From Candidatus Egerieisoma sp. (GTDB lineage Bacteria > Bacteroidota > Bacteroidia > Bacteroidales > UBA932), in contig JAZNUM010000058.1 of NCBI GenBank assembly GCA_045592325.1, forward strand, positions 834 through 64,833: DNA of 64,000 bases, given 5' to 3'. Both the position numbers and the translations under genes were made by a program. Positions 38,759 through 47,813 of this stretch are shown here, piece by piece. A model generated the notes under the pieces. It ran no database searches. It worked only from the letters and a program-made list of their open reading frames with translations, and was not told the DNA's origin. Position 1 is the first letter of the stretch; every line of letters starts with the position of its first letter.

Positions 38759-40273
38759 TTATTTCTTCGCCTGTCCTTCTGCTATTCTGCACTCTTTAAT
38801 GTAGTCGTTCAAACCTTTGGCAACGTTTTCCATCATTGCGTGGCGGAACTGAGGGTCTGCAAGTTTCTCCTCTTCCCACAGGCTTGAGATGAAGAGTGTC
38901 TCCACAAGTACGCATGGGAAATCGGTAATGGCACTCAATGAGAAGTTGAAGTTTCCAACCATTCCAAAGTTCTTTACTCCATCCATCTGGAGAAGGTATC
39001 CAAGAATATCCTCTGCAAGAGGTTTATATACATTGTATCTGTAGTATGTGCTGGTACCCAATGTTGAAAGCGGGCTGCCGCCTGCGTTGCAGTGGATTGA
39101 GATTACAATGTCACATTTGCTGTCAATAAATTTGTCCTGTCTCTCGCGGATGCTCATTCCTGTATCCTCCTCCCTTGAAAGGACAACTTTTGCCCCCTGT
39201 TTCTCAAGGATACCTTTGAGGGTATGGGCCATTGAGAGATTCATGTCCTTCTCCTTAAGGCCGCTCAAGCCTACTGCCCCGTTGCTCTGAGGTCCGCCGT
39301 GTCCGGCATCAATTCCTATGGTAAGGTTCTTCATGTACAAAGATGAAGGTACATGTTTGATATCCAGGTTAAGGCTGTTTCCGGCATAGTTCATTGAGAA
39401 TCCCCAAGAACTTTTGGTCTTAAGGTATACAGTTACTCTGGTAATATCTGAATCTATGCTCTCAACATCAATGTTATCTACACTCTTGAGGCCCGATTTG
39501 TGGGTAAGCCAGTTTGAGTTGCACTGTACTCCGTAAAGGTCTACCACAATCTTGTGAGGATCTGTGTACTCCTTTACAATGTAAGGCTTCTTGCCCCCTA
39601 CTCCAATGGATACCCGGTCAAAATCACCCATATTGTATGCTGTTGAACTTCCGCTCAAAACCACATTCTCCTGCATGAAATCATAACCCTCATTTGCCTT
39701 CCCGACAACTTCCACCTGGCTCTTTGGAATATATGCATATCTGTTCTGCGAGAGTCTTACCCTGTAGAGGTTTGCATTTTCTGCATCTGCATACATTACA
39801 ATCCCCTCCGGAAGGTAGTTTATCTTGGCTCCGCCCAAACGGTCTGTACCGGCACCGTAGTTGAGGTATGAATATTTTTTTGTGGATACCTTTACGCTTG
39901 TAGGATAGAATTTTGCCTTTTCCGCCTCAGCAGCCTCTCGTGCCAGGTCTCTCTTCCTCTCTTTTGGAGTTGTACTGTAGAAGACATTGAATTTCTTGTT
40001 TTCATTGCCGCTTACAACCTCTATTGTATTGTCCCCCTCCTTCAATTGGAGTTCAACACCCCAGGTACCGGTCTTGTACACCTTTACATTCTCACCGTTC
40101 ACCTGCACTTTGGCGGCAGGGTCTGCAAGGCCCAGAACCTGATGCTTTGCTTTGTAAACTGTATCAACTTCTCCTCTTTTTACCACCAGTTTCCCCTGTG
40201 GCTGCGCATTTGCGCCAAAAGCAACCGCAAGCATTGCGGCCGCCATTGCTGAAATTCCTATAATCCTTCTCAT
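38759..40273 (-). CDS. N-acetylmuramoyl-L-alanine amidase (Amidase_3) with N-terminal extension
   Basis: IGIDAGHGG...ISIHCNA...LVETLFISS are amidase_3 motifs. Signal peptide present. Confidence 0.85.
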   Translation of the reverse strand: MRRIIGISAMAAAMLAVAFGANAQPQGKLVVKRGEVDTVYKAKHQVLGLADPAAKVQVNGENVKVYKTGTWGVELQLKEGDNTIEVVSGNENKKFNVFYSTTPKERKRDLAREAAEAEKAKFYPTSVKVSTKKYSYLNYGAGTDRLGGAKINYLPEGIVMYADAENANLYRVRLSQNRYAYIPKSQVEVVGKANEGYDFMQENVVLSGSSTAYNMGDFDRVSIGVGGKKPYIVKEYTDPHKIVVDLYGVQCNSNWLTHKSGLKSVDNIDVESIDSDITRVTVYLKTKSSWGFSMNYAGNSLNLDIKHVPSSLYMKNLTIGIDAGHGGPQSNGAVGLSGLKEKDMNLSMAHTLKGILEKQGAKVVLSREEDTGMSIRERQDKFIDSKCDIVISIHCNAGGSPLSTLGTSTYYRYNVYKPLAEDILGYLLQMDGVKNFGMVGNFNFSLSAITDFPCVLVETLFISSLWEEEKLADPQFRHAMMENVAKGLNDYIKECRIAEGQAKK

Positions 40274-40414
40274 AATTCCTTGAATTTTTAACTGCGTAAA
40301 TTTACTAAAAATCTCACATTAGATAAAAATATATGTATTTTATCGGGAGGCAGCAGAACAATCGATTGATATTTATATTATCTTGCAATGATTTTTTGTA
40401 AAATTCAATTCAAA

Positions 40415-43120
40415 ATGAATAAAAGGCTCTCCGTTTCCCTTATCTGCCTGCTGTTCTTGTTTGCGGGGCAGGAAGTTATGTCTCAGGAAAAGAATAATCC
40501 TGCAGATATGTTCCACAATTATTCCAAATTGCTTTCTCCGGAGAAGGTATATCTGCATACAGACAAGGATGTTTATTTTGCCACAGATACAATATGGTTC
40601 AGCGGATACGTTGAAAACGCATCATACGCCGCCGAGTTTGATGAATCAAACTACATATATGTGGAACTTATAAATGACCAGCTCATAAGGGATGAAGGAA
40701 GCCTTTCCAACTTTGCCAAAGTTGAACAGAAAGTGATTGCCAGAAAGAAATTGCGCCGTATTGGAAACGCTTTTCAGGGACACATTGTGGTGCCGGAAAT
40801 GAACTCCACAGGAAAGGCCATACTCCGCGGATACACCTACTGGATGCTGAACCGCCCCGTTGAATATATGTTCTACAAAGAGATAGAGATAACAAACCCA
40901 ATAAAGGACAATGTTGTGTCAGCCATGCAGGAAAAGGATGTAAAACGCAAGGCAGACTACCTGCGTATTGGGGAACTTTCTCCGTTCGAAAAGGAAAAAT
41001 TGCAGAAAAAGGCTGAAAAGAAGGGGAAATATGATGTCCAGTTCCTTCCCGAAAGCGGCAATACCATTGCCGGTACAAATGCCACTCTTTACATCAGAAG
41101 CATAAACTTTGAAGGGAAAGGGGCTCCTGTATATGGTGATATAATGGATGAAGCAGGGAAAGTCCTCACCACATACTCAACCGATTCCATGGGATTCGGG
41201 AAAGTCATGATTGCAGGAATTCCAGCCGGCAAACTTTCAGCAACAGTAAATGACACTACAGGACATTCATCACTTACCGCAATTATGGAGCCTCTTGATG
41301 CAGGGGTGACAATAAACGGTACTGCAGGTATCCTGTCAGCAGCAGAATATTCTGAGAAAGATTTCTTCAGATTTACAATTAACACTTCAGAACAATTGCT
41401 CACAAACAATCTGATTGCAATCCTGCACAATGGTTCTGAAATCTACTACACCAAACATATCCATAGGAGTATTGAAGGGCTTACCGTACAGCCAAAAATC
41501 CTTAACCCTGGTATCCACTCGGTTTCCGTGATTGACCATAAAGGAAACATATATGCCCAGAGGCCGTTTCTGATATTGCCTGACACAGAGGAGACACTCT
41601 CAGTAAAGACTGACAGGCAGCAATATGGGAAAAGGGAATTGGTAAACGTTTCCATAAAACTTCCTGAAGGGATGGCTGATTCTTCAAGCAACTTTTCCGT
41701 TTCCGTTACGGATGCAGACATTGCCGAGAACATTGAGCATACAACCATTGAATCTTATATGCTGCTCAAGAGTGAACTTAAAGGATATATAGAAGATATC
41801 GCCTATTATTTCAACAGAACCGTTCCGCTCTCAAAAAGGATGCAGAGGGGCGACCTCCTTATGCAGACACAAGGATGGAGATACTATGACCTTGCAAAGA
41901 TTATGAAAGGTGAGAGTGAAGTTCCCCATTTTGGAAAAGAGTACAAACAGACACTCTTTGGCAAGGTTGTTAACATGACTGGACTTACAAACAGGGCCAT
42001 AGTCTCATTCCTTGCCCCATCTATAAACTTCAAGGCTATGGGACAGATAGACTCAGGCTATTTTGTCCTTCATGATGTGAACTTCCCTGAAGGGACAAGA
42101 TTCATCATAAGCGCCGTTGGTAAAAACGGCCGCAGCATAAGACAGACCCCTGAACTTATGCAGGAGTATTATGCACCGGTATACAAATATCCTACAAGGC
42201 CGGGAGACGTAACTTATTCCGACGAATTCAAAAAGACTGTAGAGAACATATACTACAACAAGGAGGACGGTGAGCATGCAATGGCATACGAACTGGATCC
42301 TGTAGTGATAACCTCACAACTTATCACCCCAAAAAACTCCCCATCCCCTATTGCCAACTACCCTATCAGAAGGGAGTGGTACAGGGATACTCTTGCCATG
42401 AAATCATACTCGCAGAATTATAATGTGGCATCATATGTAACCGCAACCTACGCAGGTGTAAGGGAATTCTTTGGAGGAGTTGCCGATGATGTTTCAATTC
42501 CGTCTTATGCAGAACCGCACATGACAGGTGATACAACTGCCGAATCCCGAGGAATTCCATCGGGCTCCCTTATAGGGCCCAAATCATCTGCAGGCTCCAT
42601 GGCCGGAGGTGAGGTTACCAAACCTGGCAGACACGGACTTGTCCTTGTATATCTTAACGGGACCTACATTCATCCCGACGATGCGGTAAACACAGTGCTC
42701 TCATTGCCTCTTTCACAAGTTGAGTCAATGATTTATGTATCCGGTGTTTCTGCAGCACCTTTCCAGCCTTCGTTTGATACCGGAGACGTATCACCTTATC
42801 CGATACTTATGGTAAGGACCAAACCACATGTGAGAACAGACCAGATTCCATACAATGTCTCATGCGACTACCCTCTGGGATGGCAGAAACCTGTAAAATT
42901 CTACACTCCAAAATACAACACTGCCGAACTGAGGCGCACTCCGGGAAAAGACAACCGTATAACACTTTACTGGAATCCTTCCGTGAAGGTAAATTCAAGC
43001 GGTGAGGCATGGATAAGTTTCTACACTACTGACACCTATAACAATTACAGGATAGAAGTTGAAGGAAGGTCTTCACATAAGACATACCACCATACAGAGA
43101 TGATCGTCAACAGAAAGTAG
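40415..43120 (+). CDS. large secreted protein, MG2/alpha-2-macroglobulin-N-like
   Basis: Signal peptide from MNKRLS. VYLHTDKDVYFATDTIWFSGYV resembles MG2-domain starts. Otherwise unassigned. Confidence 0.4.
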   Translation: MNKRLSVSLICLLFLFAGQEVMSQEKNNPADMFHNYSKLLSPEKVYLHTDKDVYFATDTIWFSGYVENASYAAEFDESNYIYVELINDQLIRDEGSLSNFAKVEQKVIARKKLRRIGNAFQGHIVVPEMNSTGKAILRGYTYWMLNRPVEYMFYKEIEITNPIKDNVVSAMQEKDVKRKADYLRIGELSPFEKEKLQKKAEKKGKYDVQFLPESGNTIAGTNATLYIRSINFEGKGAPVYGDIMDEAGKVLTTYSTDSMGFGKVMIAGIPAGKLSATVNDTTGHSSLTAIMEPLDAGVTINGTAGILSAAEYSEKDFFRFTINTSEQLLTNNLIAILHNGSEIYYTKHIHRSIEGLTVQPKILNPGIHSVSVIDHKGNIYAQRPFLILPDTEETLSVKTDRQQYGKRELVNVSIKLPEGMADSSSNFSVSVTDADIAENIEHTTIESYMLLKSELKGYIEDIAYYFNRTVPLSKRMQRGDLLMQTQGWRYYDLAKIMKGESEVPHFGKEYKQTLFGKVVNMTGLTNRAIVSFLAPSINFKAMGQIDSGYFVLHDVNFPEGTRFIISAVGKNGRSIRQTPELMQEYYAPVYKYPTRPGDVTYSDEFKKTVENIYYNKEDGEHAMAYELDPVVITSQLITPKNSPSPIANYPIRREWYRDTLAMKSYSQNYNVASYVTATYAGVREFFGGVADDVSIPSYAEPHMTGDTTAESRGIPSGSLIGPKSSAGSMAGGEVTKPGRHGLVLVYLNGTYIHPDDAVNTVLSLPLSQVESMIYVSGVSAAPFQPSFDTGDVSPYPILMVRTKPHVRTDQIPYNVSCDYPLGWQKPVKFYTPKYNTAELRRTPGKDNRITLYWNPSVKVNSSGEAWISFYTTDTYNNYRIEVEGRSSHKTYHHTEMIVNRK

Positions 43121-43143
43121 CGGATTGCCAATTGATCCGCTAC
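43117..43143. terminator. 9-bp perfect hairpin spanning both convergent stop codons
   Basis: GTAGCGGAT-(9 nt)-ATCCGCTAC. Includes the TAG of the + gene and the stop of cobC. Confidence 0.5.
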
Positions 43144-43682
43144 AGGGATAATCTGATTATACTGCCATAATCATCCAATGAGGAAAAGGCATCTTCAGGC
43201 TTGAGGATACCCCCGAAGATTTTGGCACATATAAGTACACCTCCATGACAGAAGCACAGGATATTACTTTTTCCTGACGCCTTCTGCTCCTGCAGGAATG
43301 CAGAAACCCTATTGAACTGATCCTCAAAAGATTCTCCGCCTGTAGCCTTTACATGGAGATAATCCTTATACCACTCTTGCAGCCTCGGATCCTGAATTGA
43401 GTTGTAATCCTGCATCTCCCACTCCCCAAAATCAATCTCCATGATGCGTGGTTCCCTTATGGCCCCTTCAAATCCACAGAACTCCGCCAGTCTGGTACAA
43501 CGGCTCAAAGGACTGGTATAAACAGCATCAAGGAGAGATTTGTCGGGAAGAAGATCATGCAGCCTGTACATAACTTGCTCTGCCTCCTGGGGAAAGGTGA
43601 TTTTCAAAGGGACATCGCTCTGCCCATAGCAGACTCCCTTGGGGACATCTACAGATGTATGCCTTACCAGATAAACATTCAT
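43140..43682 (-). CDS. cobC: alpha-ribazole phosphatase (histidine phosphatase family)
   Basis: MNVYLVRHTS (RH catalytic motif) and a late CHGGV. Positioned after cobS. Confidence 0.75.
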   Translation of the reverse strand: MNVYLVRHTSVDVPKGVCYGQSDVPLKITFPQEAEQVMYRLHDLLPDKSLLDAVYTSPLSRCTRLAEFCGFEGAIREPRIMEIDFGEWEMQDYNSIQDPRLQEWYKDYLHVKATGGESFEDQFNRVSAFLQEQKASGKSNILCFCHGGVLICAKIFGGILKPEDAFSSLDDYGSIIRLSL

Positions 43683-43683
43683 A

Positions 43684-44448
43684 TTACAGCAGTGGATTTA
43701 TGATTGCAAGGGATGTGATCAGGAAGGCAAGTTCACACAGCAGGAATGTGGCACCGCAACAGTCTCCTGTATAGCCCTGTATCCTCTTTTTCAGATACAG
43801 GATAATGAGAAAGAATGTCACACATGGAGCAATGGCTGCATAAGCAGCAACGGCCGGGATGTACAATCCGTAGAAATGCCACAGAAGCCCCGATACAAGA
43901 AGGAGATTAACTGCAAATATCCATACCGGCATCCGGTTGTATACCAATTTGTTCTTGCTTTCCTGCTCGGTGCGGGCATAAGGGAGCAAATTCACTATAT
44001 TGCTTGATATGAACTTGCAGAAGATATCTCCACAAAAGAACAGCGGAACTGAGATTGCAATTGGCATAGACGAAAGTACAGCCACCTGCAATACAAAGTG
44101 GAACAGAATCCCCAGGACGCCATAACTTCCTATATGGGAATCCTTCATAATCCTCAAAACCTGTTCCTTGTCTCTCCCCCCGCCAAAACCGTCAAAAAAA
44201 TCTGCCAAGCCATCCTCATGAAGAGCCCCTGTAACAAGAATCCTGGCCGCCAATCCCAGGATTACAGCCACAATCACAGGGAAGAAAAACGACGCCCCCA
44301 GCATAACCGTCGCACCGGCACCTCCCGTAATTATCCCTGCATACGGCCAATAATTTACAACATTACGGAAATACTCCTTCCCAAGTGTTGCCAACCGCCA
44401 GAAAGGCAATCTGGTAAAAAACATCAATGCAGCAAGAATTCTCTTCAT
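43684..44448 (-). CDS. cobS: adenosylcobinamide-GDP ribazoletransferase (cobalamin synthase)
   Basis: FFTRLPFW...GALHEDGLADFFDG is the CobS signature. Start taken at MKRILAAL, 2 nt after the cobT stop. Confidence 0.85.
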   Translation of the reverse strand: MKRILAALMFFTRLPFWRLATLGKEYFRNVVNYWPYAGIITGGAGATVMLGASFFFPVIVAVILGLAARILVTGALHEDGLADFFDGFGGGRDKEQVLRIMKDSHIGSYGVLGILFHFVLQVAVLSSMPIAISVPLFFCGDIFCKFISSNIVNLLPYARTEQESKNKLVYNRMPVWIFAVNLLLVSGLLWHFYGLYIPAVAAYAAIAPCVTFFLIILYLKKRIQGYTGDCCGATFLLCELAFLITSLAIINPLL

Positions 44449-44452
44449 CACA

Positions 44453-45523
44453 TTAAAAATATTTTGTAACAGAAGCACCGTTAAAACTATCCATCTGATT
44501 TATCATATTTACAGCCGATACAACTATAGGATAGGCACAAATGGCCCCGGTACCCTCTCCAAGCCTCAATCCGAGGTTAAGGACAGGTTTGGCCCCCAAT
44601 ACATCAAGTACACGTCTGTGCCCTATCTCGTCACCACAATGCCCGTAAATTGCATAATCAGTAACGGCAGGATACAGTTCCCTTGCCGCCAGGATACAAT
44701 TTGTCATAATGAAACCGTCTACCAGAATAATCATCTTCAGTTCAGCAGCCCTGAGCATTCCTCCCACAGCCATAACCATCTCATACCCTCCAAACCATCG
44801 CATAATCTCCAAAACATAATCCCTTTTTCTTCCCGACGGGTTCCCATCACCTTTCTTTTCCCTGTAGTTCGCTGCCGCAGCCTCCAGCACATCCAGTTTG
44901 TGCATCAATGCGCCACCTGAAAGACCGCTTCCGGCACCGACACACTCCTTCAATGGGATACCTCCGAGAAAACTCATCCACATGGATGAAGGGGACGTGT
45001 TCCCTGCTCCCATTTCTCCAAAAGAAACAATATTGCACCCCTGGGCATATACCCTGTCAACCTGTTCTGCGCCCCGTTCAATAGCCAGTTCAAGTTCATG
45101 CATTGTCATAGCCGGACCATGAAGGAAATTGCGTGTCCCTTTTCTTATCTTGGCATCAATAATTCCGCATCCCTGAGGAAAATCAAAATCCACGCCGCTG
45201 TCCACCACGTTAAGTTTAAAACCATGCTGGGCACAAAGAAAACTGATACCGGCACCACCCCTGAGAAAATGCCCCATCTGCTGCCAGGTAACCTCTTTAG
45301 GAGTGCAACTCACCCCCTCCTCCAGAATACCATGATCCGCCCCAAAAAGGATATGCTGCGGATTCCTCAATTCAGGTTCCAGACTCTGCAATATCATACC
45401 CACCTGCAAGGCCAGTTCCTCCAGCATCCCCAAAGAACCTTTGGGCTTGGTAAGATTGTCTATCTTGACCTGTAACTTCCCCCTCAAACTTTCGTCGGGA
45501 GAATATATATTGAATGATCTCAT
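44453..45523 (-). CDS. cobT: nicotinate-nucleotide--dimethylbenzimidazole phosphoribosyltransferase
   Basis: [18 protein letters not shown]...[10 protein letters not shown]...LGEGTGA are CobT motifs. Confidence 0.9.
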   Translation of the reverse strand: MRSFNIYSPDESLRGKLQVKIDNLTKPKGSLGMLEELALQVGMILQSLEPELRNPQHILFGADHGILEEGVSCTPKEVTWQQMGHFLRGGAGISFLCAQHGFKLNVVDSGVDFDFPQGCGIIDAKIRKGTRNFLHGPAMTMHELELAIERGAEQVDRVYAQGCNIVSFGEMGAGNTSPSSMWMSFLGGIPLKECVGAGSGLSGGALMHKLDVLEAAAANYREKKGDGNPSGRKRDYVLEIMRWFGGYEMVMAVGGMLRAAELKMIILVDGFIMTNCILAARELYPAVTDYAIYGHCGDEIGHRRVLDVLGAKPVLNLGLRLGEGTGAICAYPIVVSAVNMINQMDSFNGASVTKYF

Positions 45524-45531
45524 AATATTAA

Positions 45532-46302
45532 CTATTTTATCTTCATAGGAATACCGCTTACCATAAAGACTACCTCATCTGCCTTGGAAGCAATATACTG
45601 GTTCAGCCATCCCAAAAGATCAGTAAACTGCCTCTGCACCTTATTCTCCGGAACGCCGCACAACCCTATCTCATTAGTAACAAAAACAAAAGTTGCATCC
45701 TGCGAAGTAAACCTATCAAACTCTACCTTAATCTGCTGCAATGTCCGTTCAACCAAATTTGCAGATTCGGCTGCCTGACTCGCGGTCATTGTCACCTTCT
45801 CTGTACCATCCGCATCCGGAGCAACCTCCGAGATATCCGGAGCAACCTCCGGGACATCCGGCTCTGTACTCAAGTCAAAAAAGAAATTCGTACTCCACAA
45901 CGTTACACAATCTATAAGCACTACCCTTCCGGCAACATCATATCTGCTGAGATATTTGGGCTCCTCAAGGTTTATCCACTGCGGCCCCCTCCTCTGCTGA
46001 TGCAGTTTCACCCTATGGGCAAACTCCTCATCCCAAATCCTTGAAGTAGCCATATACACAGCCCTGCCGTCTGCATGCATACTGCCACCCGGCACCATGC
46101 CACCAGGCTCACTGCCTCCTTGCACCATGCCACCAGACTCGCTACCTCCTCGCACCATGCCACCAGACTCGCTACCTCCTTGCACCATGCCACTATCAGG
46201 CCCCTCTCCCGCAGACTTTGCCGCCATCTCCAGCACAATTTTCTCGGCGTATGTACTCTTCCCTGAACGCTGTCCACCAGTAACCAGAATAATTCTCTTC
46301 AT
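45532..46302 (-). CDS. cobU: adenosylcobinamide kinase/guanylyltransferase with repeat insertions
   Basis: [17 protein letters not shown]-loop...YMATS...LIDCVTLW...[14 protein letters not shown]...[12 protein letters not shown]. 256 aa versus about 180 aa for typical CobU. Confidence 0.85.
   Translation of the reverse strand: MKRIILVTGGQRSGKSTYAEKIVLEMAAKSAGEGPDSGMVQGGSESGGMVRGGSESGGMVQGGSEPGGMVPGGSMHADGRAVYMATSRIWDEEFAHRVKLHQQRRGPQWINLEEPKYLSRYDVAGRVVLIDCVTLWSTNFFFDLSTEPDVPEVAPDISEVAPDADGTEKVTMTASQAAESANLVERTLQQIKVEFDRFTSQDATFVFVTNEIGLCGVPENKVQRQFTDLLGWLNQYIASKADEVVFMVSGIPMKIK
45814..45864. repeat. in-frame 21-bp tandem repeat (about 2.4 copies) inside cobU
   Basis: ATCCGGAGCAACCTCCGAGAT / ATCCGGAGCAACCTCCGGGAC / ATCCGGCTC. 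Encodes (EVAPDIS)n on the minus strand. Confidence 0.85.
46092..46195. repeat. in-frame 30-bp tandem repeat (about 3.5 copies) inside cobU
   Basis: GCACCATGCCACCAGRCTCRCTRCCTCCTY repeats at 46092, 46122, 46152 and 46182. Encodes GGSESGGMV(Q/R) units. Confidence 0.9.
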
Positions 46303-46320
46303 AGAATCACATTTATCTTA

Positions 46321-46328
46321 CAAAGATA
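46321..46328 (-). promoter_or_regulatory. -7 box TATCTTTG for the cob operon
   Basis: Plus-strand CAAAGATA is a minus-strand TAnnTTTG match, 19 nt upstream of the cobU ATG. Confidence 0.45.
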
Positions 46329-46355
46329 GCAAATTCCAATAAAGAATATCTCTGC

Positions 46356-46519
46356 TGAAATTCATTATCCTTACAACCCTATTCCCCTCCCCCACCAGAA
46401 ACCTCTTCTGAAGGCATTCTAAAAAAATTCCAAGGACAACGGGCCCATATCGGCCCGTTATCCTCAGCCAACCCTCTTCCTTTGCTTCCCGACAGGTTCA
46501 GCAAGGACAACAAAATTCA
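46356..46519 (+). repeat. 164-bp repeat element, copy A
   Basis: Shares TGAAATTCATTATCCTTA at the left end and a roughly 85% identical right half with copy B. Terminal inverted repeats GAAATTCATTATCCTT / AAGGACAACAAAATTC. 13-bp hairpin AGGACAACGGGCC-CATATC-GGCCCGTTATCCT. Confidence 0.8.
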
Positions 46520-46564
46520 GGAATACAAACGGCAGTTGCATAATAAAAATTTTAGTCATAACTT

Positions 46565-46572
46565 TACTTTTG
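46565..46572 (+). promoter_or_regulatory. -7 box TACTTTTG
   Basis: TAnnTTTG match 29 nt upstream of the ATG at 46601. Confidence 0.4.
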
Positions 46573-46600
46573 AGCGGCCACTAGAGGCGCAAGGTAGAAG

Positions 46601-47575
46601 ATGAAGAAAACAGATGAGTTGCTCAGAAATATTGGGCACGACTTAGGGCTTAATGAACCAACCTATAAAGGGAGAAATCTCCCAGTCAGAAATTGCTGGC
46701 ACTTTTACACCAATGGCAACAATATTGACCACATGTTCTGCGACGAACAGGACTTCAAAGATGGGATGAACCGCATATTTGTAACAATCAACAAGTTCAA
46801 AGCAATCATTCTGGCATTTACTCTCATGGATACCCACATACACTTTATCCTATATGGCCAGTTTGACGAATGCAACAGATTCATTCACCACTTCATAAAC
46901 ATAACATCAAGGGCTATAAGCGAAAGATTCAATGAATCACACAAACTGGCAAATGTACAGATAAGCCACCAGACAATAAACAACGAACAATATCTGAAAA
47001 CAGCCATCTGTTATGTATTGAGAAATGCACCTGTAGGAGGAATCCCCTACAATGCATTGGACTATCCGTGGTCAAGCGCACCACTTTATTTCAAAGGCCC
47101 AACCAAATGCAACTGGACATCACCACTTTGGCAAGCCCCTTCAAATTTCATGGAATTGCAGAATCTCACATTCACAGAGAAAAGGAAATTCCTCAAAACC
47201 AGAAACCCCGGAACACTCCAAAATGCAAAAATCTTCCATGGAATAGTTTTCCCAGGAGAATACGTTGCATACGAAGTAGTTGAAAGGATATTCAAAACCC
47301 ACAAAAGTTTCAATTACTTCCTCAACACCTGCAAAGAATCATACATAGAATCCCGACAAGGCAACATAGCAAATCTATCCATCCCCATGCAGGAACTGCG
47401 CATGCTCCGCAATGCAGCCTGTAAAGAGTTGCTCGGAGAAGAATTCTCCAGAAACCTCTCCACTCTCCAACGGCTCAAACTCGCCCGCACCCTCAAAAGA
47501 AAATACCTGTGCTCAACAAAACAGATAGCACGAATATGTGGCCTGCTATACGATGAAGCCAAACATTTGCTTTAA
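46601..47575 (+). CDS. HUH/Y1 transposase-like protein (IS200/RAYT family) with C-terminal DnaA-domain-IV-like HTH
   Basis: LMDTHIHFILYG is an HUH motif. ICYVLRNAPVGGIPYNALDYPWSS resembles the RAYT Y..NPV...DYPWSS block. The C-terminus LKLARTLKRKYLCSTKQIARICGL resembles the DnaA domain IV HTH. Confidence 0.7.
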   Translation: MKKTDELLRNIGHDLGLNEPTYKGRNLPVRNCWHFYTNGNNIDHMFCDEQDFKDGMNRIFVTINKFKAIILAFTLMDTHIHFILYGQFDECNRFIHHFINITSRAISERFNESHKLANVQISHQTINNEQYLKTAICYVLRNAPVGGIPYNALDYPWSSAPLYFKGPTKCNWTSPLWQAPSNFMELQNLTFTEKRKFLKTRNPGTLQNAKIFHGIVFPGEYVAYEVVERIFKTHKSFNYFLNTCKESYIESRQGNIANLSIPMQELRMLRNAACKELLGEEFSRNLSTLQRLKLARTLKRKYLCSTKQIARICGLLYDEAKHLL

Positions 47576-47645
47576 ATATAGGAAAATCATGCCCACCATC
47601 TGTGTAGACATACAGGATATGTTGTCTCAAGCCACTGGCCCTGAC

Positions 47646-47749
47646 GCAGCACACTGGTGCGGGATGCTGGTGCAGCACACTGGTGCGGGATGATGGTACA
47701 GCACACTGGTGCGGGATGCTCGTGCGGCACACTGGTGCGGGATGCTGTC
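47646..47749. repeat. 26-bp tandem repeat x4
   Basis: GCAGCACACTGGTGCGGGATGCTGGT units at 47646, 47672, 47698 and 47724. Each contains a small GCAC-ACTG-GTGC hairpin. Confidence 0.9.
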
Positions 47750-47813
47750 GGGAGATGGTGCCACAAAGTGAAAATGAATTATCAGCAGCAAAACGGCCAG
47801 ACAGATACTATAA

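Noticed and set aside
46430-46470. The repeat-element hairpin read as a minus-strand intrinsic terminator (stem followed by GGAATTTTTTT).
   Set aside because: The T-run is 5 nt from the stem. Neither copy has a minus-strand gene upstream that it could terminate. An sRNA reading is possible but I found no matching -7 box.
46303-46600. Cobalamin riboswitch upstream of cobU.
   Set aside because: I looked on the minus strand for the B12 box (GCCACTG) and the conserved CCCGCAACTGT-like core and found none. The GTCGGGAAGC there belongs to the repeat element, which is also present at a locus unrelated to cobalamin.
47646-47749. Possible CRISPR array.
   Set aside because: The units are contiguous with no spacers. 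There are only four copies and no cas genes in the window. It is a plain tandem repeat.
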